From positions 2,284,783 through 2,348,782 of the forward strand of contig CM082580.2 of NCBI GenBank assembly GCA_040954595.2: DNA of 64,000 bases. The letters are read 5' to 3'. How positions within the stretch are numbered: the stretch's first letter is position 1; every line of letters begins with the position of its first letter. Origin of the DNA: Balanoglossus misakiensis. Its lineage: Eukaryota > Animalia > Hemichordata. Positions 42,773 to 54,752 of the stretch are shown here, one piece after another. The notes below the pieces were generated by a model. It was not told where the DNA came from. It made no database searches and worked only from the letters and a program-made list of their open reading frames with translations. Position numbers and translations under genes: made by a program.

Positions 42773-44554
42773 GTGCATTCCTGGCCCTGGTTTTATTTAT
42801 GTTTACAGACAATATTGCACTTTTGTACAAGTATTTTAATCAACTATAAATTTTGAATGTGTCATTTACCTGAACCGGTCATGTTGACCAGAATGATACA
42901 TTTCTGCCTTCACTCACCCTATAAATATGTGATTGAGACATAGGTCATTTGCATAAGCTAACATACCAGAAAGTAAGCATATCTGATGTTTTCCCTGTGT
43001 CACTGCCATCAAAGTAAAAATTAGACGTTGTGTAGAGCAAACTCCAATTTTTTGTTCTCAATAAACATGGATGAATTACATAGAATGTGTTTGTTGTTTA
43101 CAGTCTTTAGATTATGCACTTTACAAAACGTTTCTGAGAAACAAGTGACTAACTAGTTTCTTTCCACTGTGGCCAACGTGGTTCACTGTTTGTGTCAGAA
43201 TCTCTCTGTTTTGCAAGGATTTTGAAATCTTAGTGGTGACATGCATAGTGAAAATCAGCTACTTTCAAATGTCCGTCATGTTCATGCTGTAATTGAATTT
43301 TCAAAGCTGGGCTGGCGTGTTTTTTCTTATTTACATAAGTATCACACTTTATACATGTATCTTCATGGGGTTTTCTGAGTCCCGTATTTAGGTCCTCTCT
43401 CACAATTTTACGAAATATCGTATAACTGACAGTTGTTCTTCCCAGAAGAGATTGGTTGGTTATGAACTTTCGGTGTAACTGCGATATACTGTGGTCCGGC
43501 GCCAGGTACGGTTTAATTCGAGGATTCCTGCAGTTGTGAGATTCTACAATTCTGTGCCTGCGTACGTGTTCAGTGATATCAGTCAGCAAATTTGGATTGA
43601 GTTTCCGACGATGCCTTTTGTGTCGGCCCCTTGCATCCGGCATCAGACCAGTAATGTTCCATGTGCATTCCTGGCCCTGGTTTTATTTATGTTTACAGAC
43701 AATATTGCATTTTTGTACAAGTATTTTAATCAACTATAAATTTTGAATGTGTCATTTACCTGAACCGGTCATGTTGACCAGAATGATACATTTCTGCCTT
43801 CACTCACCCTATAAATATGTGATTGAGACATAGGTCATTTGCATAAGCTAACATACCAGAAAGTAAGCATATCTGTTGTTTTCCCTGTGTCACTGCCATC
43901 AAAGTAAAAATTAGACGTTGTGTAGAGCAAACTCCAATTTTTTTGTTCTCAATAAACATGGATGAATTACATAGAATGTGTTTGTTGTTTACAGTCTTTA
44001 AATGACACATTAGATTATGCACTTTACAAAACGTTTCTGAGAAACAAGTGACTAACTAGTTTCTTTCCACTGTGGCCAACGTGGTTCACTGTTTGTGTCA
44101 GAATCTCTCTGTTTTGCAAGGATTTTGAAATCATAGTGGTGACATGCGTAGTGAAAATCAGCTACTTTCAAATGTCCGTCATGTTCATGCTGTAATTGAA
44201 TTTTCAAAGCTGGGCTGGCGTGTTTTTTCTTATTTACATAAGTATCACACTTTATACATGTATCTTCATGGGGTTTTCTGAGTCCCGTATTGAGGTCCTC
44301 TCTCACAATTTTACGAAATATCGTATAACTGACAGTTGTTCTTCCCAGAAGAGATTGGTTGGTTATGAACTCTCGGTGTAACTGCGATATACTGTGGTCC
44401 GGCGCCAGGTACGGTTTAAATCGAGGATTCCTGCAGTAGTGAGATTCTACAATTCTGTGCCTGCGTACGTGTTCAGTGATATCAGTCAGCAAATTTGGAT
44501 TGAGTTTCCGGCGATGCCCTTTGTGTCGGCCCCTTGCATCCGGCATCAGACCAG
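42773..44554. repeat. ~890-bp tandem duplication covering the 3' part and 3' flank of the Sola-like N-half gene
   Basis: GTGCATTCCTGGCCCTGG starts copies at 42773 and 43663. ORF 43230-43643 is a truncated copy of part of 44052-44843. Confidence 0.9.
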
Positions 44555-45281
44555 TTGAACAGTGCATCATTTTGCTTAGAACGGTTCTAGTCCGCCTCTC
44601 ACTAATGCCAAATAATTTCAGGAATGCATTTTTGCAGACAGTAACCGTTTCACCGCCTTCATTCACCAGGTGATAACGAACCGATTTCTTGTGTGACTTC
44701 ATCTGTATATCCATCAGTTTGTAGAGCATCAAGTTCTGTTCATTATACACGCGACCATCAAAATATTTTCTCGTGGTGCCTAAAACATGCGTACTCCCAA
44801 GCTTCCGCAGACAATAAGCGCGTTTCCAGTTCCAGATACCCATGACGCTTTGCGCGAGGTCACGGGGTCAAAAGGTAAAACTTTAGGTCAGCGTAGCAGA
44901 CGACATATTGTAAACAAACGTTGCGAGGCGAATTTTTTTGCGAATCTCAGTGAAACGAACTTTTGAGGTGAGTTTTTACATTGAATAACAAATTTAGTGT
45001 GCCATTCAAGGCATTTCGAGTCGAATCTCGCATTGTCACTCGAATTTTTGGCGACTTTCATAACTTTTTGCCGACGTGTATTTCCTTAGGCCTGAACGGA
45101 AACACCAATACGTACGGCCGTGAATAGCTAGGCACGTAATCGGTTCGTGTGGTGTTATATAGCAGACATGTAATTATGTTGACGACCGACCAATGCAGGC
45201 ATAAAACATTGCATAGACATAGACTATATAGGTATTTCTTTTTTTACCAGATTCTCGTGTGAGTGAATAGGAAGTTTAGGG

Positions 45282-46976
45282 ATGCCCACCTGTTCCTGTG
45301 CAGTGCATGGGTGCACTAATAATACCCATAAAATAAGACAATGGAGGAGGCAGTATTGCCAAATACACCACTGTCAATTCGACACAGGTAGATGTTTTTG
45401 TGACCCACCATTTACGCTATTCCCTTTCCCAAACAAAGAAAGCAATACAGAGGTGTTGAAAGAGTGGATTAGACTGATCAACCTTAAAGATGCTACTACA
45501 GGAAAGATTTGGGAACCAAACACATACAGTCGAGTTTGTTCACAGCACTTTGTTGACAGCAAACCCACCCAAGAAAACCCAAATCCAACTCTACACCTAG
45601 GTTATCCTGTAAAACTAAAGCAAACAAGGCGAAAAATAGAGAGGTCCACGTGTTGTTCCGCAGTTCCAAAGAAAAGGAAAACAGTTGAAAGGCCAGTAGA
45701 GAGAGAACACAATCCAAATTCAAGCAACCCTTCAAGTTCATCTGTTTTGTCCACTGAGGAATCACCAAAAAAAGATGAGAACGCTAGTGAAATATTAGTT
45801 GACTGTGAACACAAAAATGCTGCAGACACTTCATCATCAAGTGGAAATTCTTCACATCTAGATGACCACTCTTACTTTAGATCTTGTGACTGTAGTCAAG
45901 ATTGTAATTGTTTGGGGTGTCATGAAAAAAATGAGACAATCAAGGATTTGCTAAATAAAATTCAAGACCTTGAAGAATTGATTAGAATGAAAAAGTCAGT
46001 TGAGCAAAAAATCAGTGAAAATGGAAAACATATGTTTGAAAAATTATTGAAAGATGATTCGAAATGTAAATTTTACACAGGTCTACCAAGCATTGCTCTT
46101 TTCAATTTAATTTTTGATTACATTGATCCGAAAACCAGGAAAATGAGATATTGGTATGGTGTGAAAAATATTATAAGCACAAAAGTCCCAAGGAAGTTTA
46201 ATAAATCACCCAAAAAGTTTGGTCCCCAAAGAAAACTGGGTGGAAAGGATGAAATGCTTCTTGTCCTTATGAAGTTGAGATTGGGTCTTTTAAATAAAGA
46301 CCTGGCTGATCGTTTCAACATTTCACCTGCACATGCGAGTAGAATTTTCAATACATGGGTCAAAGTTCTCTCTAAAGAGTTGAAACAAATGATACGTTAT
46401 CAACCTAAAGAGTATGTTTTGCCAAACCTTCCAAAGTGTTTTCAGAAACATTTTCCCAGACTCGTCAGCATATTAGATTGCACGGAAATATTTATTGAGA
46501 GGCCTAGGGACTTGAAGCTGCAAGCTCAAACCTGGTCAGATTATAAGAAGCATAACACAGCCAAATTGCTGGTTTCTTGTTCACCAAGGGGGTCAATTAG
46601 TTTTATTTCTGGAGCCTGGGGTGGGAGAACTTCCGATAATTATATTGTGAGGAATTCTGGGTTTTTGGATTTTGTTGAACAAGGCGATCAGCATTTGGCT
46701 GATAAAGGTTTCACATTGAAACAAGATTTTTTGATCAGGGGGGCAAAACTTATAATACCACCTGGGGTAAGGGGGAAAGAACAACAAACTGAAAGTGAGG
46801 TTAAAATGACGAAAAAAATTGCAAATTTGAGAATACACGTGGAAAGGGCTATCAACAGGTTTAAACATTTTAGGATTTTACAAAATACTTACCCAATTTC
46901 TTTGATACCAGTAATAGATGATGTCATCACTGTATGTGCTGCATTATGTAATTTTTTACCACCATTAGTGCGATAA
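45282..46976 (+). CDS. THAP domain + HTH + DDE_Tnp_4 transposase (564 aa, intact)
   Basis: CAVHGC..FPFP..W..RVCSQHF..P.PTL (THAP); KFYTGL; LMKLRLGL..KDLADRFNIS; ILDCTEIFIERP; WGGRTSD; LADKGF; RIHVERAI. Confidence 0.92.
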   Translation: MPTCSCAVHGCTNNTHKIRQWRRQYCQIHHCQFDTGRCFCDPPFTLFPFPNKESNTEVLKEWIRLINLKDATTGKIWEPNTYSRVCSQHFVDSKPTQENPNPTLHLGYPVKLKQTRRKIERSTCCSAVPKKRKTVERPVEREHNPNSSNPSSSSVLSTEESPKKDENASEILVDCEHKNAADTSSSSGNSSHLDDHSYFRSCDCSQDCNCLGCHEKNETIKDLLNKIQDLEELIRMKKSVEQKISENGKHMFEKLLKDDSKCKFYTGLPSIALFNLIFDYIDPKTRKMRYWYGVKNIISTKVPRKFNKSPKKFGPQRKLGGKDEMLLVLMKLRLGLLNKDLADRFNISPAHASRIFNTWVKVLSKELKQMIRYQPKEYVLPNLPKCFQKHFPRLVSILDCTEIFIERPRDLKLQAQTWSDYKKHNTAKLLVSCSPRGSISFISGAWGGRTSDNYIVRNSGFLDFVEQGDQHLADKGFTLKQDFLIRGAKLIIPPGVRGKEQQTESEVKMTKKIANLRIHVERAINRFKHFRILQNTYPISLIPVIDDVITVCAALCNFLPPLVR

Positions 46977-47316
46977 AGTTTTTTTTATATGAAAATAAAA
47001 GATGTACGTTACTGCAGCTCTGGGTTATGTAAGTTATTTCCCCTGTTTAGTTGAAGACTACTCAAAGAAATCCCAGCAGAAGGCGGTCTGCCTATCCATA
47101 CGTTCTCTACACTGGGTTGTTGGGCATATAACTACGAGAAGTATTTCATTCGATATTATGCATATTTTAAGGATGGAGATTAAACATTGTCATTGTGGAA
47201 TGAAAAGTCAAAAACATACTGTCAAATTAACATGATTTTATTAAGTTTTACACACTTAAAATATTAAAATACATAAATGATGTATCATTTTGCAGAGGAA
47301 TCATGGATATATATAA

Positions 47317-50088
47317 TCATAATTCCACAGCAGAGGCTGTCCATTTGCAGGTGTGGGACTTAATTTCATTCAATAAATGGTGATTGTAGAAATATGCCAG
47401 ATTTTTTACAATTTTTTTCCAATAATCATGGTCAAATGTTATCCTTTCTAAGTGGTATCCATGCATAGAATAAACAAAAAAATCACACCACTTTTTTTCA
47501 GCAATTGCCATTTGACCTTGAACCTGGCTATAATATGAAGAAGTATGTTTGAGTTTTGTTACACCATTAGCAGATGTTAGGTAAATTAAATTGGTATGAC
47601 TTGGTACTGAATCTGATACTGATATAGGACATTTGCATTCCAACAGACCAATACCACAACAGTCACATTTGACTATTGCATCAGGGCTTGCTCCCAGAAA
47701 TATATTGTTTTTATCAACAAATAGACCACATTCAAAGAGATGGATATTTTTGTGACCATTTCCTTTCATAATTTTCAAATAGTTACTTTTAGCCACTGAC
47801 TCCATACGTCTCCCAAACTTGAGTGACCCAATGTTTGGATTGGGAGAAACACATCCAAGTAGCCTACAAGATAAGGACTTTGTCTCGATTGATTTTGGAT
47901 TTTCGGCCATCTGAATTGTGTTCACTTTAGTGTACACAGAGTGAAAATTAGATGCAGTTATACGCCCTTTTCTGTTTTCAATCCAAATCTCATTTTCACT
48001 TTGCCCAATTGTACTATTTTCAATAGCTGACACTGTTTCATTACTGTACTTTGGTAAATCACAAATATCAGTAATATCTGAGAAACTTAACAAGTCATGA
48101 AGTGTAGGGGGCAATGGTGCTGGAAAATTACCAACAGATGACTGGCTCAAATTGTCAAAAGAAGTGTCTCTCTCTGTAGATGTTTCAGAAAATATGACAG
48201 AACCTGGAGATACAACTTTAGCATTTTCAAGGAAAGTTTGAAATGTCATCCCCTTGTCTTTATTCCTCTTGTGTGGCACAAACAATGACTTCACAGCAGG
48301 ATTAATGGTGCTTGTGTGATCTGAAAAAATAATATCAAATACATATTCATGTATTGACCAATAATATTAAATGAAGTGGTCAAGTAGCACCAACTCTTGG
48401 ACACAATGTTCTTCAGTTCACTACAAACTAATTTTATATTCCGGCGTTTCATGGGCTTAATCCCACTTCATCAGGTTGAAATTGTATGGAAGCCAAAGTA
48501 TATACCGGTATGTATAGGATACCCCCCCCCCCACCCCACCCCACACACATACATACATACAACACATACAGGAAAGTAAGAACAAGACTTGGTTGCACAG
48601 CATTTCACACCATACTTTTTCTTACATCAGCTGTTCATTAGGTTTTGTAAAGGACTTCAAATTAATTTAGGTGAATATTACATGGTAATATGCCATTGAT
48701 GGCAACAGAGATACTACAGATTGCAATTTAAAGGTATACAATCACCTCCAATTTACATCACTCATGTATGGCTGAAATTGCGTATTAGAGCCTTCTAAAG
48801 AACATATGGTGGCGCTCTTGTTTTCGCGTGTGCCACCTAATGAAAATTTGTGATTGGCTAGATCTCATTTTGCCATGGTAACTATAGCTTATTTTCCATA
48901 GGTGACCGTATACCTTTAATGTTTTCAGAAATTATCTAAATAAGATTGGTGTACCAGATTTATCAGCATGTGGGGATTTCCATTCCATTTCTTTTATTGG
49001 TACTGGTTGAACAAGAAGAGTTTTACCAGATCCTCTCCATGTACAGGGTAGAGATGTCTGTGACTTGACCACATAACCATACTTCCAACAGAAGTCAATT
49101 TTCAAAAGTACTGCTGCCACATGATTGCATGATTTACCATATCTGTACAATACAATACAAAGCAAAGAGAGAGCATTCGTTAAATATTAAACTACTTTGG
49201 TTGGTTAATTTGAGAACTTTGAGCCAAATATGTGGCATAAAGAGAAATATTGAAGACATAATAAAATTATTCAGACTAATATTAACAATATATGAATAAA
49301 AATAAGTTATTGTGCAGTTTTTATACTTGAGTTAGTATAAATTATTTATCAGAGTCACTTAATTTTTATTGAGACTAGTAAGTAGAATTTAAAATGTCAA
49401 AATGCTGATATAACAGCATAGGTCAGTGAAAAAATATAGTTTTTCCCATTAAAAAAACATGTAAAGGTACTCACCCAGCTACACAAGTACAATGTGAACT
49501 TTTAATCACTCCCGTCTCTTTCTCAATAGCAACCCACAGTTCATGGGCACAATCTGCCAGTCTTTGTGATGGTGTACATTTGGATTTCAGGAAACAGTAT
49601 GGACTATCTTCGGAGATGTGGTGGTAATAAACCTCAAAAAGAAACTGTGAGGAGAAATAACTAAATGCCTTGCCCTCTTTGTAATCATTTAACAGCCTTT
49701 TCGATAAATTGGTCTTGCTGATATCAGTCTCATGTTCCTGCAAGTAATTTTGGATATCCGTTATCATAGTTGGGGGCCACATATGCATTGCTGTATTTTC
49801 ATTTTGCCATCCAGACGTCAAAGAGGTGAATGGATCTGGCAAAACACAGCCATCAGAAATGACCAATGCCATTTTATATTCTCTTTGGCGCGTTTCCTCC
49901 TTCTCTATGGCTGTTGTAACCAAAGGTGTCTTGTTTATATGTGCTGCATATGCTAGTGCCACCAACTCTTCTTTTCTCCCAGAAACAGGCAGATCTCTTT
50001 TCTGAAGAAATGCTTTGAGAGCTGGCACCTTCCATAATTTAAATGTGTCATACGTTAGCTCAGCCTCATGAATACTCTGAGATGACAT
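47317..50088 (-). CDS. SAP + SWIM Zn finger + YqaJ (lambda exonuclease-like) accessory protein
   Basis: Exons 50088-49475, 49142-48955 and 48320-47317. WKVPALKAFL..R.LPVSGRKEELV (SAP); CTCVAG-YGKSCNHVAAVL (SWIM); GRITASNF, LGASPD, LECKCP, YYSQVQGQM (YqaJ). Confidence 0.88.
48732..48915. mobile_element. TTAA-flanked MITE (Kolobok-like) in an intron of the YqaJ gene
   Basis: TTAA|AGGTATACAATCACCT...AGGTGACCGTATACCT|TTAA. Confidence 0.7.
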
Positions 50089-51011
50089 TTTTCTACAAGA
50101 GATAAATTAAAAATGTAGTTATAGTCACACTGTCAACAATACCTGGTGTTCATATAGAATATAAAATAAAGAAGCGTTTTTTTTCAAAATAGGTACAATC
50201 ACTCATGATTATCATGAAAATATTAATAAATCAAGCACTACCGCTGTCATTACATTTAAAGTTTCCGGTAGAATAAACGAGCCTTGACCATGATGACCTC
50301 ACGGTTTTGTACTGTAGTCGTGTACGTGCCTAGCTATTCACGGCCGTACGTATTGGTGTTTCCGTTCAGGCCTAAGGAAATACACGTCGGCAAAAAGTTA
50401 TGAAAGTCGCCAAAAATTCGAGTGACAATGCGAGATTCGACTCGAAATGCCTTGAATGGCACACTAAATTTGTTATTCAATGTAAAAACTCACCTCAAAA
50501 GTTCGTTTTCACTGAGATTCGCAAAAAATTCGCCTCGCAACGTTTGTTTACAATATGTCGTCTGCTACGCTGACCTAAAGTTTTACCTTTTGACCCCGTG
50601 ACCTCGCGCAAAGCGTCATGGGTATCTGGAACTGGAAACGCGCTTATTCCCTTGAACGCAGGCGCATTCCAAGGAAAGACTGTCAATATCTTGAAAAGGG
50701 CGATTTTTCCTTGGTTTTTGTCTCGGACACGTCTTTTTAGAATTCCTACGTGGCTTGTTGGCTCGAGCTGACAGTTCGGTTCTGCGTTGCTGCCACACAG
50801 GAATGGGTTCCCACGCATAAGCAACTCCCCGGCAGGCCATGGTCACAGCTGAAGTATTTGTTCAAGTACTGACTGACTAAACGCGGCATGGAACAAACGA
50901 ACGAACGAACGAACGACTTCACGTTCGGAAAAAAAAATCGTTGCGAGCTGTTGGGTGCCTCTATAGTTGTCGGCAACCGTTCTTTTTTATTGCTAACAAT
51001 GCTGTCAGAGC

Positions 51012-52026
51012 ATGGAAGGTGTGGTGGAAAACGAACAGAGGTTTTGTACGACCAACGATTGGATGGTGCTACATATGGACTTCCACAAGTCATTGCCGGT
51101 TCCTAAACTCAGCTCTGAAGACTTTTACTTTAAATCGAAATTGCAAATGAAGCTCCTTGGAATTTACAACGGGACAACGGAAAAGATGCATTGTTATGTA
51201 TGGACAGAGCTCGATAGCAGAAAGTCTCCCGATGAAGTTATTACCTGTCTAAATCACTTTTTTTTATAACTCGGGTGTGACCAGCAGACATGCAGTTATT
51301 TACAGCGACAACTGCCGTGCCGAATTCAAGTGTGGGAAGTTAATGTTTTACTATGACTATCTGTTACGAAAGGGCGTGTTTCGACGAATTGACTATAAAA
51401 CTCTTGTGGCTGGACACACGTACTCCACCTGTGACCGAGTTTTTGCGTCCATTGAAAGACATGCAAGTCGTTTCCAGAGTATAGAGACACCTCACGATTG
51501 GATATCTGTGATTCGAGGATCTTCTCTGAATGGGAACATTGGAGTTACGGAGATGACTCACAGAGACTTTTTCAATTATTCTGATTTCCTGAAAAATGAG
51601 TACGTTGTGCGTTATGCAGATACAAACAATGTAACTTTTTACTACCAAGCCATGCACTATTTTAATTTTGGAGAAGGAGAAAGGCTTGATACCGACGGCA
51701 ACCTCAGAACATTTAGTCATGCAGATAAAGTTTGGGTGAGAACATCTCTAGATCCAAGCGAGACCCCGATTGTAGTTGACTTTAGAAAGAAGAAGCAGAA
51801 CCGGCGTTTACAAGATTGTACGCTGAACAAACTTTATCAGGAACGTCGACCACTGGCGAGCAAAGTTTGGCGGGATCTTCAGAGTTTAGCCAAAAATTAC
51901 CTGTCTCCGGAGGCAATAGAATTTTATAGGAATCTACCGCTTCAGGAGAGTAGTGGCACCTCTGCAGACCCGTACGCCTTTCATGATGATGACGACGACG
52001 ATGATGATGATATGGGCGGTGGTTGA
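51012..52026 (+). CDS. Sola1-like transposase C-terminal catalytic (DDD) half; single +1 frameshift in a T8 run
   Basis: MDFHKSLPVP, FYFKSKL, CYVWTE, IYSDNC, LVAGHTYSTCDRVFASIER, P.DW..VI, K..DL. Removing one T at 51258-51265 fuses ORFs 51012-51269 and 51277-52026. Confidence 0.8.
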
Positions 52027-52390
52027 ACAAACTGTCCTTTTCATGACGACAGTGATTTTGGATATTTGATGTGCGTGCAAAGTTTATATGTAATATTTTC
52101 ACACGAACGAGTTTTGACTGAATTTGATTAAAGAATGTACTCGATAATTAACAAATGTGCTGAATCGTGGTTATTATGTTGTTAATTTTTGTTTGTTTGT
52201 TTGTTTGTTTGTTTGTTTTTTTTGTAAACAATTTCCGTTCATTCAACTGGCTACAAAGTTGGATTTTTGTACTGGGAAGCGATAAACTCGCACATCAAAA
52301 CCGGGGAGACTCGATCATTTTTCCCTGCAGGTAGCCTGAAAAGCACCCGGGCAGAGATTACGTCATATATGGTCCACTTTAATACGAAAT

Positions 52391-52430
52391 TATGCAAATG
52401 TGACATTTCACGGAAACGGCGTATATAAAA
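52391..52430 (+). promoter_or_regulatory. Octamer (ATGCAAAT) and TATA box (TATATAAAA) upstream of the SET gene
   Basis: Motifs lie ~95-130 bp upstream of ATG 52523. Confidence 0.45.
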
Positions 52431-52522
52431 GCGACCCTGGGCTATTGTTCGGAATGCGTCATCGACGAGAGAGTGACTGATAATTCTTCTACCTCGAGTC
52501 AACCATTCTGTATATACTGAAC

Positions 52523-53848
52523 ATGGCTAGCTGGCGCAGGAAGAGACAAGGCAATGTGCGGTCTGTAATCAACGAACGGCACCGCTCAGTTCAGTGTCCC
52601 TTTCTTCAAAAGTGGATCGGTGAGCAATTGGTATTTTCAGGTCGTTCAGAGGATGAAGTCCAGTCCAGTACTGTATTTGAGAGCTACAAATGTTGGGTTG
52701 AAAACTATTCGTCGGCGGACAATCAAGTAATGATTATGGTTACTAAAGCTCGATTTTTCAAGGTGAGAATGATCGCATTTTTCTTTCCCCCCCCCTCCCT
52801 CCCCCAAGGGACTCGTTTTCTGTCTCTTTTAAACCTGTAACTTAACGAAAAGGAAGTTTTTCACATATCTCTTCGTTGACACTATAGCAATTTGGAGCGC
52901 GGATGCTTCAAGAGAATAGCGTTACCAAATCAAAGTCGGCCGGGGTTAATATTTATAGAGGTGTTCGTCTGAAAGCTGGTTCGCGAAGAATCTCAACGGG
53001 GAAACCTGAGCACAGTGTACTTCAGACCAGGGCAAGGGCATTTCTTGATGACGCCAGCGTGACCGTTCCGATCGAGGTAAGAATGGTGTTTTGTTTGGAC
53101 TAGGACAATAGAACGTTGCAATGAGTGTGTCAATGGGTGTCCAAGTGCAAACGTGGTCTGCTTCTGTCCACAAATGCCATTAATTTTTGGCAGGATTTAT
53201 AAAATTGTCAATGACGAATACAAAAATGAAAAACAACAGTTAATAGCAAACTGGTAGGATTGCAAGGGCTTGTAAAACGGTACACACTGTACCAGGAAGT
53301 TTGCAACACTAATGAAGAATGTATATGATATATTTAGGTGAGAACTGTTCGCGATCGCCGGGACGCAGGACGGTGCGCGTTTTCGACGAGGGATATTCAA
53401 GCCTGGGACGTCGTCTGCGAATACCGGGGCACGGTTATTAGCGTTGAAGAAGCTAGTCGGCGTGATGAGCTTTACAGGGCAGAGGGGAAACGACCACGCA
53501 TGTTCCATCTCTACATTGGAAAGAGACACGTTGTGTGAGTGTATCACTTAGTCGAATATATGGTCATATATTGCAAAGCATCTGTCGAAATAGAAAACGT
53601 AATATTGTCTATATTTTCCTCATTAACGCAGCATTGACGGATACGATGTCCCAGCCGGTGAAGAAAATTTAGCAGGCCTAATAAATCACAGTCAGCAGAA
53701 CGCCAACTTGGTACCGGTTCGGATCGGAGAGCGCCTGGTTTTCTTTGCAACCAGGAATCTTTGTCAGGGAGTAGAGCTTTTGTATGATTACGGTGACGGG
53801 GGTGAAGAGGATTTCTTCAGTGGTTCTCAAACTTTTCCTGAAAATTAA
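52523..53848 (+). CDS. Winged-helix-like domain fused to a SET domain (SET8/PR-Set7-like lysine methyltransferase)
   Basis: In-frame exons 52523-52762, 52888-53076, 53338-53534 and 53632-53848. SET motifs GRCAFSTRDI, VCEYRG, IDG, LINHS..NAN, FATRNL..G.ELLYDYG. N-terminal W...VFESYK.W...F.K....IYRGVRLK resembles RFX/D5-type winged helix. Confidence 0.78.
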
Positions 53849-54752
53849 GGCATTAACACATCAACGCTTCGGGGTGTCGTAACGGCGGCAAGGCGGGGGG
53901 GGGGGGGACGTGAAAATGTTTGTATCAGGAACAAAATTCCCGTGCAAATCACCTTGATCCGGGTGGGTGGACTATTCGCGACAAATGTTGAAATCATACA
54001 AAGCATTTTACTTAATTAACCCATTTTTTTTTCATTTATTTGTTTACAGTTTACAACGTCATAGAGAAGTTGAACTAGAGACTGGATCAGCGTGGGTGAC
54101 ACTATAGTACACCAATGTTTTCTTCCGTTTGATTCAATTGTAATTTAAAACTGAGATTGCCTAACGCTTTCCCAGATTTTTTTAACCACTGAGAAACTGT
54201 GGGTTTTTTTCTGGGTTTTGGTGCGAGGTGATCTCAGTCAGTGGTGTTAATTTAATTAATCATTTTATTTTCCTATTTACGTCGACTGAAATGTATTTTG
54301 ATAGGTGATAGTCATACCATAAAAAAATCTTACGGCGCGACTGCCAAAATGTACATTTATTTGTCCGTTCCAAGTTATTTTGTGTATGTGTGATGGGTGC
54401 CGGTGACTGTGCAGGGTTGATTTCCCTAGAGCGACTGTTATATTCGTTTTCCAACGATGATGAATTTACATGTTATTTGCTTGGCATTTTGACGCAGAGG
54501 CACTTCTGAAAACACAAACCTATTAATTATGCCACGGGTGTAAATTTATCACATTAAAAGAGGCTTTAGACGTTTGCCGCGAGCTCCTGGTGGGCAGAAT
54601 CTTGTCAGCCCAAATTTGACTATAAGTACATAGCCAATGATATGACGCTCTCCCACATCCTTCGCCGCGCCTTTTCGCTGATTTACAGCATCTTGCGTAA
54701 ACACTGTCATTTGATCTTGCTTGGCAGAAGTCAACTTGCTCTATACTACATT

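Larger units (their letters stand above)
44818..50643. mobile_element. ISL2EU-type (PIF/Harbinger-related) DNA transposon with ~320-bp inverted termini
   Basis: Inverted repeat 44813-45138 versus 50323-50648. Convergent THAP-DDE and SAP-SWIM-YqaJ genes. Exact ends are ambiguous by a few bp. Confidence 0.85.
44052..50840 (-). pseudogene. Sola1-like transposase N-terminal (DNA-binding/Zn) half, interrupted by an ISL2EU-type insertion
   Basis: Frame 50840-~50645 (MACRG...ECACVQGN) joins in frame to ~44820-44052 once the insert is removed. Motifs: VCKNAFLKLFGIS, D.RGRH, VESHYCR, YL, VSY..FRKI, KPHEDTCIKCD, HL..A. Confidence 0.75.

Noticed and set aside
44819-44843. MGIWNWK as the true start of the 263-aa ORF
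   Set aside because: These codons come from the inserted element's inverted repeat. The real N-terminus continues at ~50645-50840.
53194-53253. Extra 60-nt exon in the SET gene
   Set aside because: It has AG/GT ends but in-frame stops. Skipping it gives a continuous frame (IE-VRTVRD).
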